From Octopus vulgaris (taxonomy: Eukaryota): DNA of 64,000 nt. The stretch spans positions 3,224,001 to 3,288,000 of the forward strand of contig OX597836.1 in assembly GCA_951406725.2 (NCBI GenBank). Reading direction: 5' to 3'. The notes under the pieces are model-generated. The model worked only from the letters and a program-made list of their open reading frames with translations. It made no database searches and was not told where the DNA came from. Position 1 is the first letter of the stretch. Each line of letters starts with the position of its first letter. Both the position numbers and the translations under genes were made by a program. This document shows positions 36,723 to 51,783 of the stretch, piece after piece.

Positions 36723-37863
36723 TATATTAGTGGCATAAGAAAATATATACTCGATTGACGTAAGCATTATAAGTGACAATTCAAATCGAGATTAATTGTT
36801 ACAATTGTTTGGTTTCTGTCTCTCGGAGATATTTAACATTCTGTTATGGTTTTTTATAGTCTTAAGCAACAAATTGGAAGTGATGAACACCAGCACACGT
36901 TCATCACGATTTATTGAAGTACAACCAAGAAAAAGAAAGAAAACACAAGACTGTAATACTTTTTTCTAAATAATCATTTTGCAAACACAAGGAGGTGGTT
37001 TTATACATAAAAAAAAAGTTATTCAGCCTCTGTAAAACTTCGTTAACGATAAGAGATTTTTGTGTCTAAGTGTGTTCTATACAAGCGTTACCACCACTAA
37101 GGCATTCAGGTGTGGAAGTTACGTAAAACTCAGGGTTAAGCTCATCTGAAACGATTAATTTAATGTTGCCTTCACAATGCTGAATTAAAAATTAGGGGTC
37201 TCACCAATAGCATACAAGAACAACACAGATCATAAACGTAAACATTTAGAAACAACATACGATAGAATTCGGTTCCGGAACGACTGATTTCGAAGCAATT
37301 AAACCTATAAATAACAACTTGTTAATATTGGGTTAAAAACCACTTGATTAGAAGTGTCAAGGACATTTTAACTCCGTATTTAATAGTAGTATTTAGAATT
37401 TGTTTCGTGACCCACTACTCCAGTAAAAGCAAAATGAATTGTTTTACGTTCTCCCGATGTTTTTTAAAGATTTTTGACGGCAAAAATAAGATATGTTTTA
37501 AAATGTTCATTTATATTTAAATATCCGATCTAATGTTCGAAGGATTATACTAAAACACATAAAAAAAAATTTCGCATTGGCTATAGGCATCTTAAGATTT
37601 TTAGTAAAATAGCATTAGCTGCAATTGCACAAAAGATTTTTCTTATTCCGCAGATTCTTTATCCAGGCATCGAGTGTGTCCTCGAAGCGCTTTTCCTGTC
37701 CACCGATCGTGGTCTTATGGAGATTCGAACAACAAGGACTGCTCCCTTCCACACATACATAATACATACATAATTACATATTACATACATACATACAGAC
37801 GCGCAGACATAATACATACATACATACATACATACATACATACATACAGAAATAAATAAATAA

Positions 37864-38345
37864 ATAAAGCTGAAGATCAGTGAAAAAGAGAAGACCTATA
37901 CTGAACTATTGAGTAATTTACTGTTATTCTGTCCAGATTACAAGTTCAGGTTTAATCCTGTAATTATTGGGGCCCTGGAATATATAAAATATGGCCGAAA
38001 TACCAGTCTGAGAAATTAGGCTTCTCAAAACCAGAAACAAGAAGGCTTATTCGAAGAGAACATATCCAATCCATCACTGGAACAGTAAAAATCTGTAAAA
38101 CTTTCCAGAAGTTTATCATTTAAATATATATGAGAACATGTCTAGATATGTAACTATATGCATGAGAATACATACATAAAACATACAAATCTGCAGATAC
38201 ATACATGTATACATACATCCAAACAAAAATACCCTGTTGATGTTGAAATTCCAATGAAGGAAACTTGGACCTAATTTAGAAACCGGTTCTTTCTCTAATG
38301 GCAAGAAATCTTGAAAAATACTGAATGACATACATACATCCAAAT
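37864..38345 (+). mobile_element. 3' fragment of a second RLE-type non-LTR retrotransposon within (CATA)n
   Basis: IKLKISEKEKTYTELLSNL...FRFNPVIIGALEY...(frameshift)KLGFSKPETRRLIRR...SITGTVKICKTFQKFII*. The 3' UTR ends in GACATACATACAT, and (CATA)n also lies upstream. Confidence 0.8.
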
Positions 38346-39061
38346 ACATGACGATATAAGTAACAATAATGTCGCAAATGAATCCGTGTCTGCACTTCGT
38401 AGTTCTTATCTGTAACGTTGATTTTAGATTAATTTCTGGTCTTTAAACATTTTCTCCAACATCTCATATGAAACCATTTCATTGCTTCTCCACTGTGAGC
38501 TTGTGAGCGATCTCAGATTTTGACATTTTATAGTCTATGGAATTATAAATAAATGTAGCTACAGTCTAAGTAAACATTTATGAGTGTCTTTAAGAGTTAA
38601 GATCGCTATAAAATTATGCAAAATTTTAAGATTCAGCACATGACCTCATTTTAAGAATATATAACTTCCTATCTACCTTCCTATTTATCTACCTATCTAT
38701 TTATCTATCTATTTCTATATGAATTTATCGGCCATTATGTGTATTCACACACACACACACACACATGCATATCCGTTTGCGTAAACATGCATGCACCATA
38801 TACACACAAATATATTTACAGGGTTAGATCGATAGTGACAGATATACATCTAAAAAGTATATATATATATACAGAAATACATATGTACCTGTATATATAC
38901 CCATATATGTATATAGACGTGTGTATATGTATTCATGTATATACATATATTTATATATGTATGTATATAGACGTGTGTGTATATATATATCATATGTATA
39001 TAAAAAAAATTTAGATTCAGATGAATATGGTACTTAAGTTGAGGCACCAGAATTTAGTACG

Positions 39062-39384
39062 GTATTATCCATACAATTTCAAGGTAATTAAAATCAAAAT
39101 AAGCAACAAGAATATCCAAAGGTATATGTATATATATATATATACATACACACACATGTATATATATATATATATATATACATATGGATATATGTATATA
39201 CTTATACATATGGATATATATATGTATACACGTATGTATATATATATATAAGTATATACATATATATCCATATGTATATATATATATAAATGTATATATA
39301 TATATATAATTATATACATATTACCTTTGGATATTCTTGTTGCTTATTTTGATTTTAATCACCTTGAAATTGTATGGATAATAC
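39062..39384. repeat. 63 bp inverted repeat flanking about 200 bp of microsatellite
   Basis: GTATTATCCATACAATTTCAAGGTAATTAAAATCAAAATAAGCAACAAGAATATCCAAAGGTA (39062-39124) matches its reverse complement at 39322-39384 with one mismatch. Confidence 0.95.
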
Positions 39385-39568
39385 TGTATATATGTATAGA
39401 TTTATATATATGTAAATAGATGTGTATATTTTTCATTTGTTAACAATTAACACGGAAAAAATAGATAAATAGATACCAGGGTAGCAAAAAATCACTAGTA
39501 AAAAGGTTGTTTTTCAAGGTAGAAAATCTGGCTTTACGTGAAACATTTTTTATAATCTATATAAATAA

Positions 39569-40115
<547 letters not shown>

Positions 40116-40914
40116 TAAATATATATATGTATATATGTAAATATTCATATGTATATATATATTCTTGGTAACAGCAATAAAAATATGTGTATAAATGTGT
40201 GCGTGTATATATATATATGCATATATCCATGTATGCATTTCGCATGTTGGCAGGTGTGTGTGTGCACCAAAGAAAAGCCGATTCAGTTTCGAAGATAGAA
40301 AATATCTGCAATTCTAACTTCAGTCTTATGTTGTAAATTTACAGAACAAGCAAAACAAAAGCAAACATCAACAACGCCAAGAACAACAATTACAACAGAA
40401 ACAAAGCATTTAGTAAGTGATTTAAGACACACGTTCTTTGTTGAAATTTCTCTCGATACATTAAACAATGGAATTGCCTCTGTGCGTAATTCCATTCTTT
40501 ACCGGAGTTCAATAAGGTGAGAACAGCTGCTCTTTAATCTTGGATTGCATGTTCTGTAGTTGCTCTTTATTGAAGAACGCGGTTCCATGACATTTCCTTC
40601 TCTCTCTTTCTCGTTCTCTCTTTCTTTCTCTCTCCCCCTCTCTCTCTTACTCTTTGAACTTTGTTAAATGTCTATGTACGCGTGTGTGAATATATTCATG
40701 CGTACAATACATACATACATACATACACATATGAACACTAATACATATATACACATACATATGTATGTATATATATACACACATATATATATACATACAC
40801 ACACACATATATATATACACAAATATATATATATATACACACACACATATATATACACATATATATATACATGCACACACACACATATATATATACACAA
40901 ATATATATATATAT

Positions 40915-40945
<31 letters not shown>

Positions 40946-40990
40946 CATGCACACACAGACATATACACAAATATATATATATATATACAT

Positions 40991-41023
<33 letters not shown>

Positions 41024-41444
41024 CACACACAACTATATTTATATGCATACAAATATGATTCTATATAAATATTTATATGTATGCATATATATATATACAT
41101 ACATACACACACACACACACACATATATATCTTTATTCTGCGCTATGTCAACTATGAATGTTAAGATATTGTAGAGTTGAAGAGTATATTGTTTAATTAG
41201 CCAGAAGTTTTTCTTGCGACTCCAATTTCCACCTTCTGCAAACTCTATGTAATAATTCCGTGTTTATATAATCGTTGCTGGTTTTATAAACATTGGCACC
41301 GTTTGATTCTCTCATTTTCGCTTTATTTTACATTATCAAATTTCTAATCTTGTTTTATTTATGCAGTTCTCTTTGCTTCCAACTCAGTAATCGCTCTAAT
41401 ATTCATTACTGCGTGCTTCTGTTCTTTTACACACACACATATTT

Positions 41445-41493
<49 letters not shown>

Positions 41494-42452
41494 GTATGTA
41501 TGTATGTATGTATTAGATTGGTTTAAATTATTTATATTTACTTGTGCTCTTTTACTGATTCGTTGTTTTATATTTATATATTTATTATCTTTCACTTTTG
41601 TCCTTTTCTGCAATCTCTAACTTGACGAGCGCCGATCACATTGTTGTATCTTGTTTTGCTAGGCTGAACTTTTGTGTCACATCAGTTTCTCTCTCCTATA
41701 TTCCTTAATCGATTCATTCCGTATCTTGTATCTGTTTCTTGAGTACGTCAATTATATCTTAGATTACTAAATCTATCGATCTACCTACTTCGTGATAAGT
41801 AATTTTTCTTATACGGTGTCGGATGTTGGCTTCCACATGCAACATCTCAAAACAACTATTCGTTTTTATGATGTAATCTGTGTTGTTGCTTATTTAGAGT
41901 TTTAAGTGATGCACTTCCGTTCTGATTATCCTGTTACGTCATGAAAACTTTACCCTATTATTGGCCAGTTTATTATGTTATATCGGTTATTTCCCGTAGT
42001 TCAAAATGTACCATCATAAAACCATTGCTACTTCTCGAAATCATATGGAAATTATCTATATCCTGTGTTTTATGTGTGTATGTGTATTTAAGTGTAGATG
42101 AACTTCCTGCTTTTGAAGAGTCAATATATTGTTTTTTCAATTTGTACTTATATATTTATATGTGTATATATGAACTGGTGTATGTACGTCGATATGAATA
42201 TCTGTGTATACTTTTATTCGAATGTTTGTAACTAAAGAAAGGTTAGGTGTGAACGATATCGAACGTAACGCAAGTATGTACAAGCCTGTCATAACAGAAG
42301 ATAGTTAAAATATGACAATTAGGAAATATTCTTCTATGACTTCACCTATGCCACAAACAATGTGTGCAGATAGTAAAAGTATAGTGCATGTTCAAAATAA
42401 TATACCGCAATTTCAAGTTACTAGCACTTTGCGTTAAAATCTTACAGTGTCA

Positions 42453-42655
42453 TACGTGGGTTGATGACAAGTTCCTGGCAAAAAGCCCGGCTGAAAGCCA
42501 AATCTTCCGAGTTCTTTAAAGGGGCTTCAAAAACCTGAAGGACTGCTGTAATAAGTGCATAAATCTAATAGGAGAATATGTTGAATAGCCATAATTAATT
42601 GATTATCCTGTATTTTCTTTTACGCAAAGCCAAACATTTATCAGCAACCCTTGTA
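42453..42655 (+). mobile_element. mariner-derived MITE retaining the transposase C-terminus
   Basis: TIRs TACGTGGGTTGATGACAAGTTCCTGGC and GCCAAACATTTATCAGCAACCCTTGTA. The interior encodes ..NKCINLIGEYVE*, matching the mariner KCIxxxGxYVE end. Confidence 0.8.
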
Positions 42656-43179
42656 ACTAATAGAAATATAACCGTTAGGTAACGAGTGCGATTAAGAGTT
42701 TGAATTGAAGAGATTGTGTGAGACCTTCAAAGCAGACTGGGGGATGTTTTAAGCCATGGAAAGAATATGTAGCTGGGGGATAGAGGAGATGTTATTCACC
42801 ATGTTTGCAAGAAGTGTTCACTTCAACTGTTCGCACGTGCACAGCAAATTTAGGGGAAAGGCCCAGTGCTAAGCTGGTATTTATTTTATCAACAACGGAA
42901 GGTTGCAAAGTGAATTTAACTTCGGCAATATTTGAACTCAGAACGTAACGTTGTGTTCTTGAGCTAAACACTTCATCTCAAAATGCTCTCACATCACTTC
43001 GACACATTGACATGTAGTACACCACGCACCTGTCTTGACAACATCGATTTCATGGAGGGAGGGAGCTCATTTGCAGCATGTGCATTTCATTACTATAAAC
43101 AAATCATTTGTGCATGTCTTTCGGCAAAAGCTGAACGCTCACTCATACGTCGTTGCCGACGGGGGAATCCATCATATAT

Positions 43180-43368
43180 TTTTATTCTTTTATTTGTTTC
43201 AGTCATTTTAACTGTGGCCATGCTGGAGCACCGGCTTTAGTCGAGCAAACCGACCCCAGGACTTATTCTTTGTAAGCCTAGTACTTATATCGGAATATTT
43301 TACCGAGCTGCTAAGTTACGGGGACGTAAACACCAGTATCTATTGTCAAGCGATATTGCGGGGGACAA

Positions 43369-43412
<44 letters not shown>

Positions 43413-43756
43413 GACGGGCTTCATTCAGTTTCCGTCTACCAAATCCACTCACAAGGATTTGGTCTTAATGGTACTTATTCTAACGGTCCATTTGCCGAAC
43501 CGCTAATTTACGGGAAGAGAAACACCTCAACAGCGGTTGTTTAGCGGTAATGGAGGAACAAACCCAGAAGCAAAGACACACGTGAACACACACACACACA
43601 TATAACATTTTCTTTTAATTTCCGTTTACTAAATCCTCTCACAAGGCTTAGGTCGGCCCGAAGCTGTAGTAGAAGACACTTGTCCAAGATTCCATGCAGT
43701 AGGACTGAAACCAGAATGATATGGCTGAAAAGCAAACTACTTACCGCACAGCCATG
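43180..43756 (-). mobile_element. SINE family A with an internal duplication (two partial units)
   Basis: The block CCGAACCGCTAA..CGGG..AAACACC..TTTCCGTCTACCAAATCCACTCACAAGG is present twice. Confidence 0.85.
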
Positions 43757-44349
43757 CATATATGCATTATATATATATATATATATATATATGCTTCTCT
43801 CTATACATGCATGTGCTTCTGTGTATTTATGTATGCGTATACTTGTGCACGCTTGTGCTCATATACACGAAAATGTTGGTTTTGGTAATTATATCTCCCT
43901 TCCAAGAATATCTCTAATTACTATTTAACTTCCATCTATCATTTCCTTCTAAATTAAACGAAAACAAAGACAATTTTCTACGTTATTCTCAAAGGAGGGA
44001 AAAGCTCTCAAAGAATGATGCCCACCTACATTTCACTCCCCTCTCACCGATTCTCTATCTCCTCCTTTATCACCCTATATCTCTCCCCCTCTCTCTCTTT
44101 CTATCGATGTATCTGTCTATATATTTATCTATTTATTCGTCTATTTATATATTTCCTTATCTATCTATTTGTCTGTCTAAATATATATATATAAATCTGT
44201 CTATTTATCTGTTTATCAATCTATTTATCTACATATCTATCAGTCAGTCTATCTATGTAAACTATCTATCTATCGATCTATCAATCTTGTTTTTCTATCA
44301 AATCACACATATATACATAAACACTCATGTATGAAAATATTTTTGCATG

Positions 44350-44379
<30 letters not shown>

Positions 44380-44380
<1 letters not shown>

Positions 44381-44384
44381 TCCT

Positions 44385-44420
<36 letters not shown>

Positions 44421-44425
44421 TCCTG

Positions 44426-44480
<55 letters not shown>

Positions 44481-44512
44481 ATATATATATATATATATAT
44501 TCCTGTATGTGA

Positions 44513-44546
<34 letters not shown>

Positions 44547-44549
44547 CTG

Positions 44550-44584
<35 letters not shown>

Positions 44585-44627
44585 CTGTATGTGAGTATAT
44601 ATATATATATATATATATATATTCCTG

Positions 44628-44640
<13 letters not shown>
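44380..44640. repeat. Minisatellite: 6 x TTCCTGTATGT(GAG) plus (TA)n
   Basis: Cores at 44380, 44420, 44500, 44544, 44582 and 44622. Confidence 0.93.
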
Positions 44641-44670
<30 letters not shown>

Positions 44671-45458
44671 TATATATGTATATACATCTGTCTAATTTAC
44701 ACATATAGTAATCCCAAATCTATTTGTGTCAATCATTTTGCGTTTTATATTTGTTGTAACCCATGCCATCAAAAGCTTAAACGCGGCCCACTTCTCTCCT
44801 CCGGCCTGCACCGCTTTTTTTATCATCCGAATTAGAACAACAAGATTCGGGGAACATGATATACGTTATGTTCGATTTTATTTGCACATAACACGAAAGC
44901 CAAACTGGAACAAACCACAATGAGCTGGAACAAATTGGATGTTTGTATTAGTGGCTATTGTTTGTTTAACCTCTAGCATTTTTCCATTACCAACATCAAA
45001 CCGCCCATGCAATCAACCCACCTCAAAGCTCATAGCAAAATCCTTTCAACATGTTTATTCTCTCAAGTAGAGTTTCTTCGTATATTCGTTCCCTCGAGAA
45101 CTCGACTCTGCTTCGCGTAGATTTATTGCAAATGAAACTAAATCTTCTCGGGTTCTGTTGATTATTCTCTGGTGAAAATGTTCAGTAGCAACTTGAGGTG
45201 AAGGTTTATTATTCTCGCTCGCACGAACGAAAATATTGGACAGGTAAATATTCTTAAATAATATTTATCTATCGTTGGTCTGAGTCGCTGCGGATATAAA
45301 TAGTATATATCGGCATGTGTATATTAAGATATATATATATATATATTTACGTGTATATACACATAAATACACATTTATTTATATATAAAAGGATATATAA
45401 TTATTTATGTAATTATATATATATATACATATGTATATATATTTGTACACTCATGTAT

Positions 45459-45496
<38 letters not shown>

Positions 45497-45585
45497 GCAC
45501 ATGTATGTACATATATGTATGTATATATACACATGTATGTACATATATGTATGTATATACATATGCTATATATCGATGTCTCTAT

Positions 45586-45617
<32 letters not shown>

Positions 45618-46269
45618 GTATGTGTGTATATATATACAGACAGACAGACAGATAGACGTCCATATACATGTATGCATCAATCAATTTTTACAAGCATTTT
45701 GCACAAAATTAGCAATTTTCAACCAGTCTAAATATAACCTTACTCTGTCCAACATTAATGTCAACAATTGTAAATACATTCAGACTTAAACTGATCCATT
45801 AAATGTCAACTTTATTTCATTGTGTATCAATCAAGGTTCTATAGCAATTTGCCTAATCTTCGCGTCGCTACCATTTCTTTCAAATCTAAATATTAGAAAC
45901 AAAAACACTCGCATGATTTTCAATGCTAATTGGAACAGGAATACAATACTCCAAAACAGTACTTAGTGCTGAAGAACAAAACCTATTTCAGCTAATATCT
46001 AAAATCGAAATAACTCTCTCTCTACCTAAGTGCTATTCAAGGAAGCTCAAAACATGCCATCTTCGTACAACGAAAAGCTATAAAATCCAGCTTGCAAAAC
46101 ACTCCAACCCAGAGACATTTGAAAACATTCTTCCTCACTCAGAAGACGCAGAACTCATCATTCCTATGTCAAACATGAAATACCTGAGCAGTTTATTCAT
46201 CGCGACCAGGTAAATTATTTATTGAATCCGTATCTCACATAACTGCGCGATTTTTTCTTATATTGTGGT

Positions 46270-46580
46270 TTTGGAATATTGCTTTGGGGCTAATTAGGTT
46301 ACATCGACCCAGTGCACAACTGGTACTTATTTTATCTACAATGACGCGATAATAGGCAAAGTAGACCTATGGAGGATTTGAACTCGGAACGTAAAGATAG
46401 ACGAACGGCTACTAAGCATTATAACCGACGGACATTTTTTTTCAATTTCCGAGTCCACTCAGAAGGCTTTGAGCGGACCGAAGCTATATAAGAAGATAAA
46501 TGCCCAAAGTACCACACAGCGGGATTGAACCCAGAACCGTGTGGGTTGGGGAGCAAGTCTCGTAGCACACAGCCACGCCT
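46270..46580 (-). mobile_element. Adjacent SINE B and SINE A fragments
   Basis: GGTACTTATTTTATC..GGATTTGAACTCGGAACG, then TGCCCAAAGTACCACACAGCGGGATTGAACCC..CACAGCCACGCC. Confidence 0.78.
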
Positions 46581-47175
46581 GAGACTATATATAGCATTCT
46601 TTCTAACCAAACACAGTTTATTCTTCACATTTCCAATTAAATATAGTTAATGGTACATTTTTTTTCAAACGACATTTCATTTAACTAATTTCATAGTTAA
46701 TCTTATTAACATCATCATAACAACTACTACTACTACTACTACTACTACCACTACTGTTGTTGTTGTTGTTGTTGCTATTTATGTGTTTTAACTTACATGT
46801 TTCTATACTTACATTTAATTGTTAAACCCAACCAAGTGATCTTTTTCTATTTTTCTTTTTTTTTTTTGTTGCATTGTTGATTTATTAAATTTCCTTCTTT
46901 GATTTAACAACTTTGCTCTTTAAATTCTATCCATATTTTATGCAATTTCGATGTATCCCACCATGTGCTCTATTATTACAATTTTAATCTTATTGTTTTA
47001 CAAATTAATTATTTGTCGTATTTCACTTTATGCATTTAATAATTAAATTCATACATCTAAATAATAGAGGCTAACCAAATTACTATTATAAAACATATTT
47101 AATTATAAAATTTATATTTCCGTATATATACAATATCATCTGTACGTATGTATGTATGTATGGTGGCTGGGTGAG

Positions 47176-47257
<82 letters not shown>

Positions 47258-47261
47258 ATTA

Positions 47262-47535
47262 AGGTCTGTGGTCCAGAGGTTAGGGTGTTGCACTCACGAC
47301 TGAGCAGTCGTGGTTTCGATTCTCGGCCCAGGTAGCACCTTGTATTCTTGAGCAAAATAGAGTTCATGTTGTTTCATTCCACTCACACGTGAATAGGTAA
47401 TGGTACGATGAACAAACCTTCCAAACAGGGAGAATGTATGTGTGGTAACCTGGCCAGTGGTATGACATCACTCGAAAGCGAAAATGATGTAAAGCACATT
47501 GTGATCAGCGATGTATAACAACATCTGATAGTCTT
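47262..47535 (+). mobile_element. SINE with family C tail
   Basis: GGTTTCGATTCTC B-box. The tail CACATTGTGATCAGCGATGTATAACAACATCTGATAGTC is shared with 6025-6310. Confidence 0.72.
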
Positions 47536-47563
47536 GTCATTTCACTTCATCAGGCCATTTAGT

Positions 47564-47600
<37 letters not shown>

Positions 47601-47772
47601 GGGGCATCCCTGCAGGACCGATCGACCGACCGGCTATAAACAGCCATAAAACTCCCATAATTTATTCTCTTCCAAATTTAGAACATCGGCTTTAGACATT
47701 GAATTTCTTGATATAAAAGGCAAATCTTCCCCGTCTTGTACGCATCAATGCAGTCACTCTAGAAATTAGATC

Positions 47773-48330
47773 TACTTTTCTCTTCTAGCACAAGGCCCGA
47801 AACATATGAACGGGGGGGGGATCGATTAGATCGAATCCAGTACGCAACTGGTACTTAATTTATCGACCCCGAAAGGATGAAAGTCGACCTCGGCGGCATT
47901 TGAACTCAGAACGTAGACTGACGAAATACCTATTTTTTTTACTACCCACAAGGGGCTAAACACAGAGAGGACAAACAAGGAGAGACAAACGGATTAATTC
48001 GATTATATCGATCCCAGTGCGTAACTAGTACACCAACGTTGGTTGTCAAGTGATGATGGGGGGACAAACACAGACACACAAGCGTATACATATACATACG
48101 GCGGGGTTACACTCACAGATACACACATACACGCGTGTGTGTGTGTATGTGTTTGTGTATGTATGCCTGTCTCTGTGTGTCTGTGTGTAAGAGGTTTGTT
48201 TTGGTTTCTGTCTGCCTATTCAACTCACCAGGCTTTGGTCGACCAGAAGCTAAAAACAGAAGAAAAATGCCCAAGGTGCCATGCGTAGTTCTACACCTGA
48301 ATCCGTTTGGTTGGAAAGCAAACTCCTTAA
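47773..48330 (-). mobile_element. SINE B dimer (truncated) adjoining a SINE A fragment
   Basis: Same GACGAAATACC|TATTT..TACTACCCACAAGGGG junction as at 29555, then SINE A body from about 48030. Confidence 0.82.
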
Positions 48331-49064
48331 GGGCCAAATCGCAAAAACTTATTTCGCTGGAAGGCGTGTGCAAATCAAAACGGATAACAAATATCAGACG
48401 GAACGGAATAATGCTTCTGCGATTCCAGCTAATTAATCCTAAAACACATTTGATATCATTACTATAATATCATTACAAAACGAGATATAAAATATAGAAA
48501 GAGTTTAAGGAATACAATTCCATACAATCTTTTCTGCAAAGACATCAAGAATTTGTTGAGTTGACAATGGCAACGGAAGTCTTTCCACTTGTGAAACCTT
48601 ACAATTGTTATCTGTTACTTAAACATAGGTAGTATTTCTACTACAACTACTACTATTGATAGCAAGAAGAAAATAATAATGGTAGTGATGATGATAATAC
48701 CAACAGCAGTAATAATGATAATGTTATTGAAAATAATAATAATAAGAAGAAGAATTCATTTTCTTTAATAATTACATTAATACATTCATACTTTTCGTCT
48801 GATTTTCTTTATCGTTGCTTGGTTCCTTTATTTTTTTTTATTTTCTTTCAGTAATCTTCCACCTCTGCATAGTATTTTATTCCGAAGATATTTTATTCTG
48901 AGATTATTTTATGGAATCATGTTTTGGGAGGTGGGGGTATTTTCACTCACAAATACATTTTCGAATACTCGAATACTTAAACACCCACTCCATTAGTCTG
49001 AGACCGAGACGAACGATGCTTTGAGACTATTTATTTATATTGCGAGCACATATGTGTGCAAACA

Positions 49065-49120
<56 letters not shown>

Positions 49121-49416
49121 TATTGGCTTAATATGCTTCATGACAATAAAAACAATCATAACATCAATAAAAAAAAACCTCCTTTACGCAGGACGAAGGG
49201 AGCAAGGAAAGTTTCCGTAATGCTTCAGCTTAAGAAAGAGGATAAGGTAAGTATCATAAGGTAAGGACCTGAGCACCTGACAGAAAATCGTGTCCCTTTG
49301 TATGAAAGAAATGACACTGTTCTTCCACTACTCAGTAGAGGGACTCCTGTCCGATTCCAACAGGTTTTGAGCTCCCTCAATAGACAAAATGCACGATTGA
49401 GTGTATATAAACGTAC

Positions 49417-49464
<48 letters not shown>

Positions 49465-50045
49465 ATATATATATATATACATTATAGGTGTCTGAGATTT
49501 GAGGTGTCTGAGTATATATATATATATCAACAGCCGCACATGATTTCATACATATATACACAATAATCTCCTTTCATCTTATTCATTGTGTTGTTATCGC
49601 CTTCACCATCATCATTATTATCGTCATCACCATCATTATTATCGTCGTCGCCGTCATCCACATTATTATTCTTAAATTGTCAATAACAATATTATCGCGC
49701 TTGATACATAATTTGTACACATCTCATGGGAGTAGTAGTAGTAGTAGTAACAACATCTTATTAATGCAGACTGATAAGTTATAAGACAATTGCTAGGTTT
49801 TCACACCAAAATCTTTGTTGTTGAATACCTGCAGACGACTAAAGACGATATCGTGGGTGGAGGGCGTAGATGGATTTATAAGAAATTAATAATATTTATC
49901 TCATGAATAGAGATAGTTTCGATTCTGATGAGACCAACGGTGATAGCAACAACGATGAGGACAATGGAGATGATGATGACGATGATGATGATGGTAATGA
50001 CGATAGAACGATGATGATGACGATTATTATTATTATCATTATTAA

Positions 50046-50592
50046 GGCGAGGTGCTGGCAGAATCGTTAGCGCGCTGGATGTAATGCTTGGTGGCATTTC
50101 GTACATCTTTACGTTGTGAGTTCAAATCCCGCAGGCGCTAACTTTGCCTTTCATTATTTCCGTCATTAAATGCGGCCATGCTGGAAGAATCGCCTTGAAG
50201 ACATTTTAATCGAACGAATTCACCCTCGTTATTTTTTTAGAGTCTGCTACTTATTCGATCTGTCTCTTTTGCAAACTGTTATGTTACGGGACGTAAACAC
50301 ACCAACATCGACTGTCAAATGATGATCGGTAACACACACAAACTTACCTACATACATACACACACACAAACACACACATATATATATATATATAGAGAGA
50401 GTGAGAGAGAGAGAGATAGATAGATAGATAGATATACGAGGAGCTTCTTTCAGTTTCCGTCTACTTAATCCACCCACAGGCTTTAGTTAGCCCTAGGCTG
50501 TAATAAAAGGCACATGTCCAAACTCTCATACAGTTAGGAACTAAACCAGGGACTATGTTGTTGGAAAGCAAACTTCTAACCACACAGCCACG
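50046..50592. mobile_element. SINE B head (+) abutting SINE A (-)
   Basis: GGCGAGGTGCTGGCAGAATCGTTAGC..GAGTTCAAATCCC, then GCGGCCATGCTGG..CACACAGCCAC. Confidence 0.82.
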
Positions 50593-51292
50593 GTTGCTAT
50601 TAACTTAACTGGAATGCAGTTGATGCTGAAGTAATTTTATAACACTAACGGCGATCGATAAAGCTAACAAAATAAAAAGATGAAAATAATCCGGCCTTCA
50701 TTTTCCGACAAATAACGAAAGAGTATAGTAAGACCCTAAGATACGCAATCATCTTTGGACACCAAACATTTGTATATAATATTGATAATTCTCTAGATTT
50801 TGTCGTCTTGTGATTCGTGTAACTGGGAATAAGATCTGAAATTCTCTCCATAGCAACCAAAGGTCCTGCTCGCTCTGTCATCCTCAATCTACCCATTGAA
50901 ATTTTAGCAAACTGAGATATCGGTTCTTTTCCTTCCCGCTTCCGAGGGTAATTTTTATTAACTCCAATAACCATTCTCCTCATTACGGTTGCCATTTTAA
51001 TTGGTTCATAATGATTTCACGTTCATCATCTCGTGGAGTATGGAACCTGTGCTTTACTATGTTATTCGTGCAGAGAATGACCTTTGATAATTTTTCAATG
51101 TCAGTGTTAATTTCATATTAAAATAGTTAATGCCATGATAATTAAAATCGGTAATTACAAATAACCAAGCGATGAAGATAAATATTAATTAGTAGTATTA
51201 TTTTAATGACTTCAGTAATGGAATAACTATTGCAAATTAGCTCAGTGAAGTACACTCCAATAAATATGTTGAAACTAAACTTTTTTTATATC

Positions 51293-51783
51293 GTTTATTA
51301 GTTACTTGTTTCAGTTATCAGACTGCGGCCATGCTGGGGCACCACACTAAAAAATTTGAGTCACACGAATAGAACCTAATACTCAATTTTTATGCTGTCT
51401 GGTACTTATTTTATTGGCCCTTTCAATCGAAACGCTAGGTTACTAGAACGTAAACACATCAACAGCCGCTGTCATGCGTTCGCGGAGGCTAGACGCAGAC
51501 ACAAATACACATACATGCATACAATACTATCCAAAAGTTTAGCATCACCGAAACTTATTTCGAAAAGAACATCTAGAAAATGGAAATAACACACAAACGT
51601 GTGTGTGTGTGTGTGTATGACTGGCTTCTTTCGGTTTCTGTCCACCAAATCGGCTCGAAAGGCTTTGGTCGGACGCAGACTATAGTAGAAAACGCTTGCG
51701 CAAGGCGCCATGTAGTAGGACTGAACTCGGAACCATGTGGTTGGGAAGCGATCATCTTAATGCACAAAGCCACTCCTGCGCCT
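51293..51783 (-). mobile_element. SINE family A, full length with an expanded middle
   Basis: Runs from tail TACTTGTTTCAGT..GCGGCCATGCTGGGGCACC to head GCCACTCCTGCGCC. Confidence 0.85.

Noticed and set aside
45923-46213. 96-aa ORF in unique-looking DNA
   Set aside because: No recognisable motif or convincing splice sites; possibly a decayed element that I cannot classify.
49922-49950. CTGATGA-GACC-AAC-GGT hammerhead candidate
   Set aside because: No GAAA, stem III or stem I; it sits in GAT triplet repeat.
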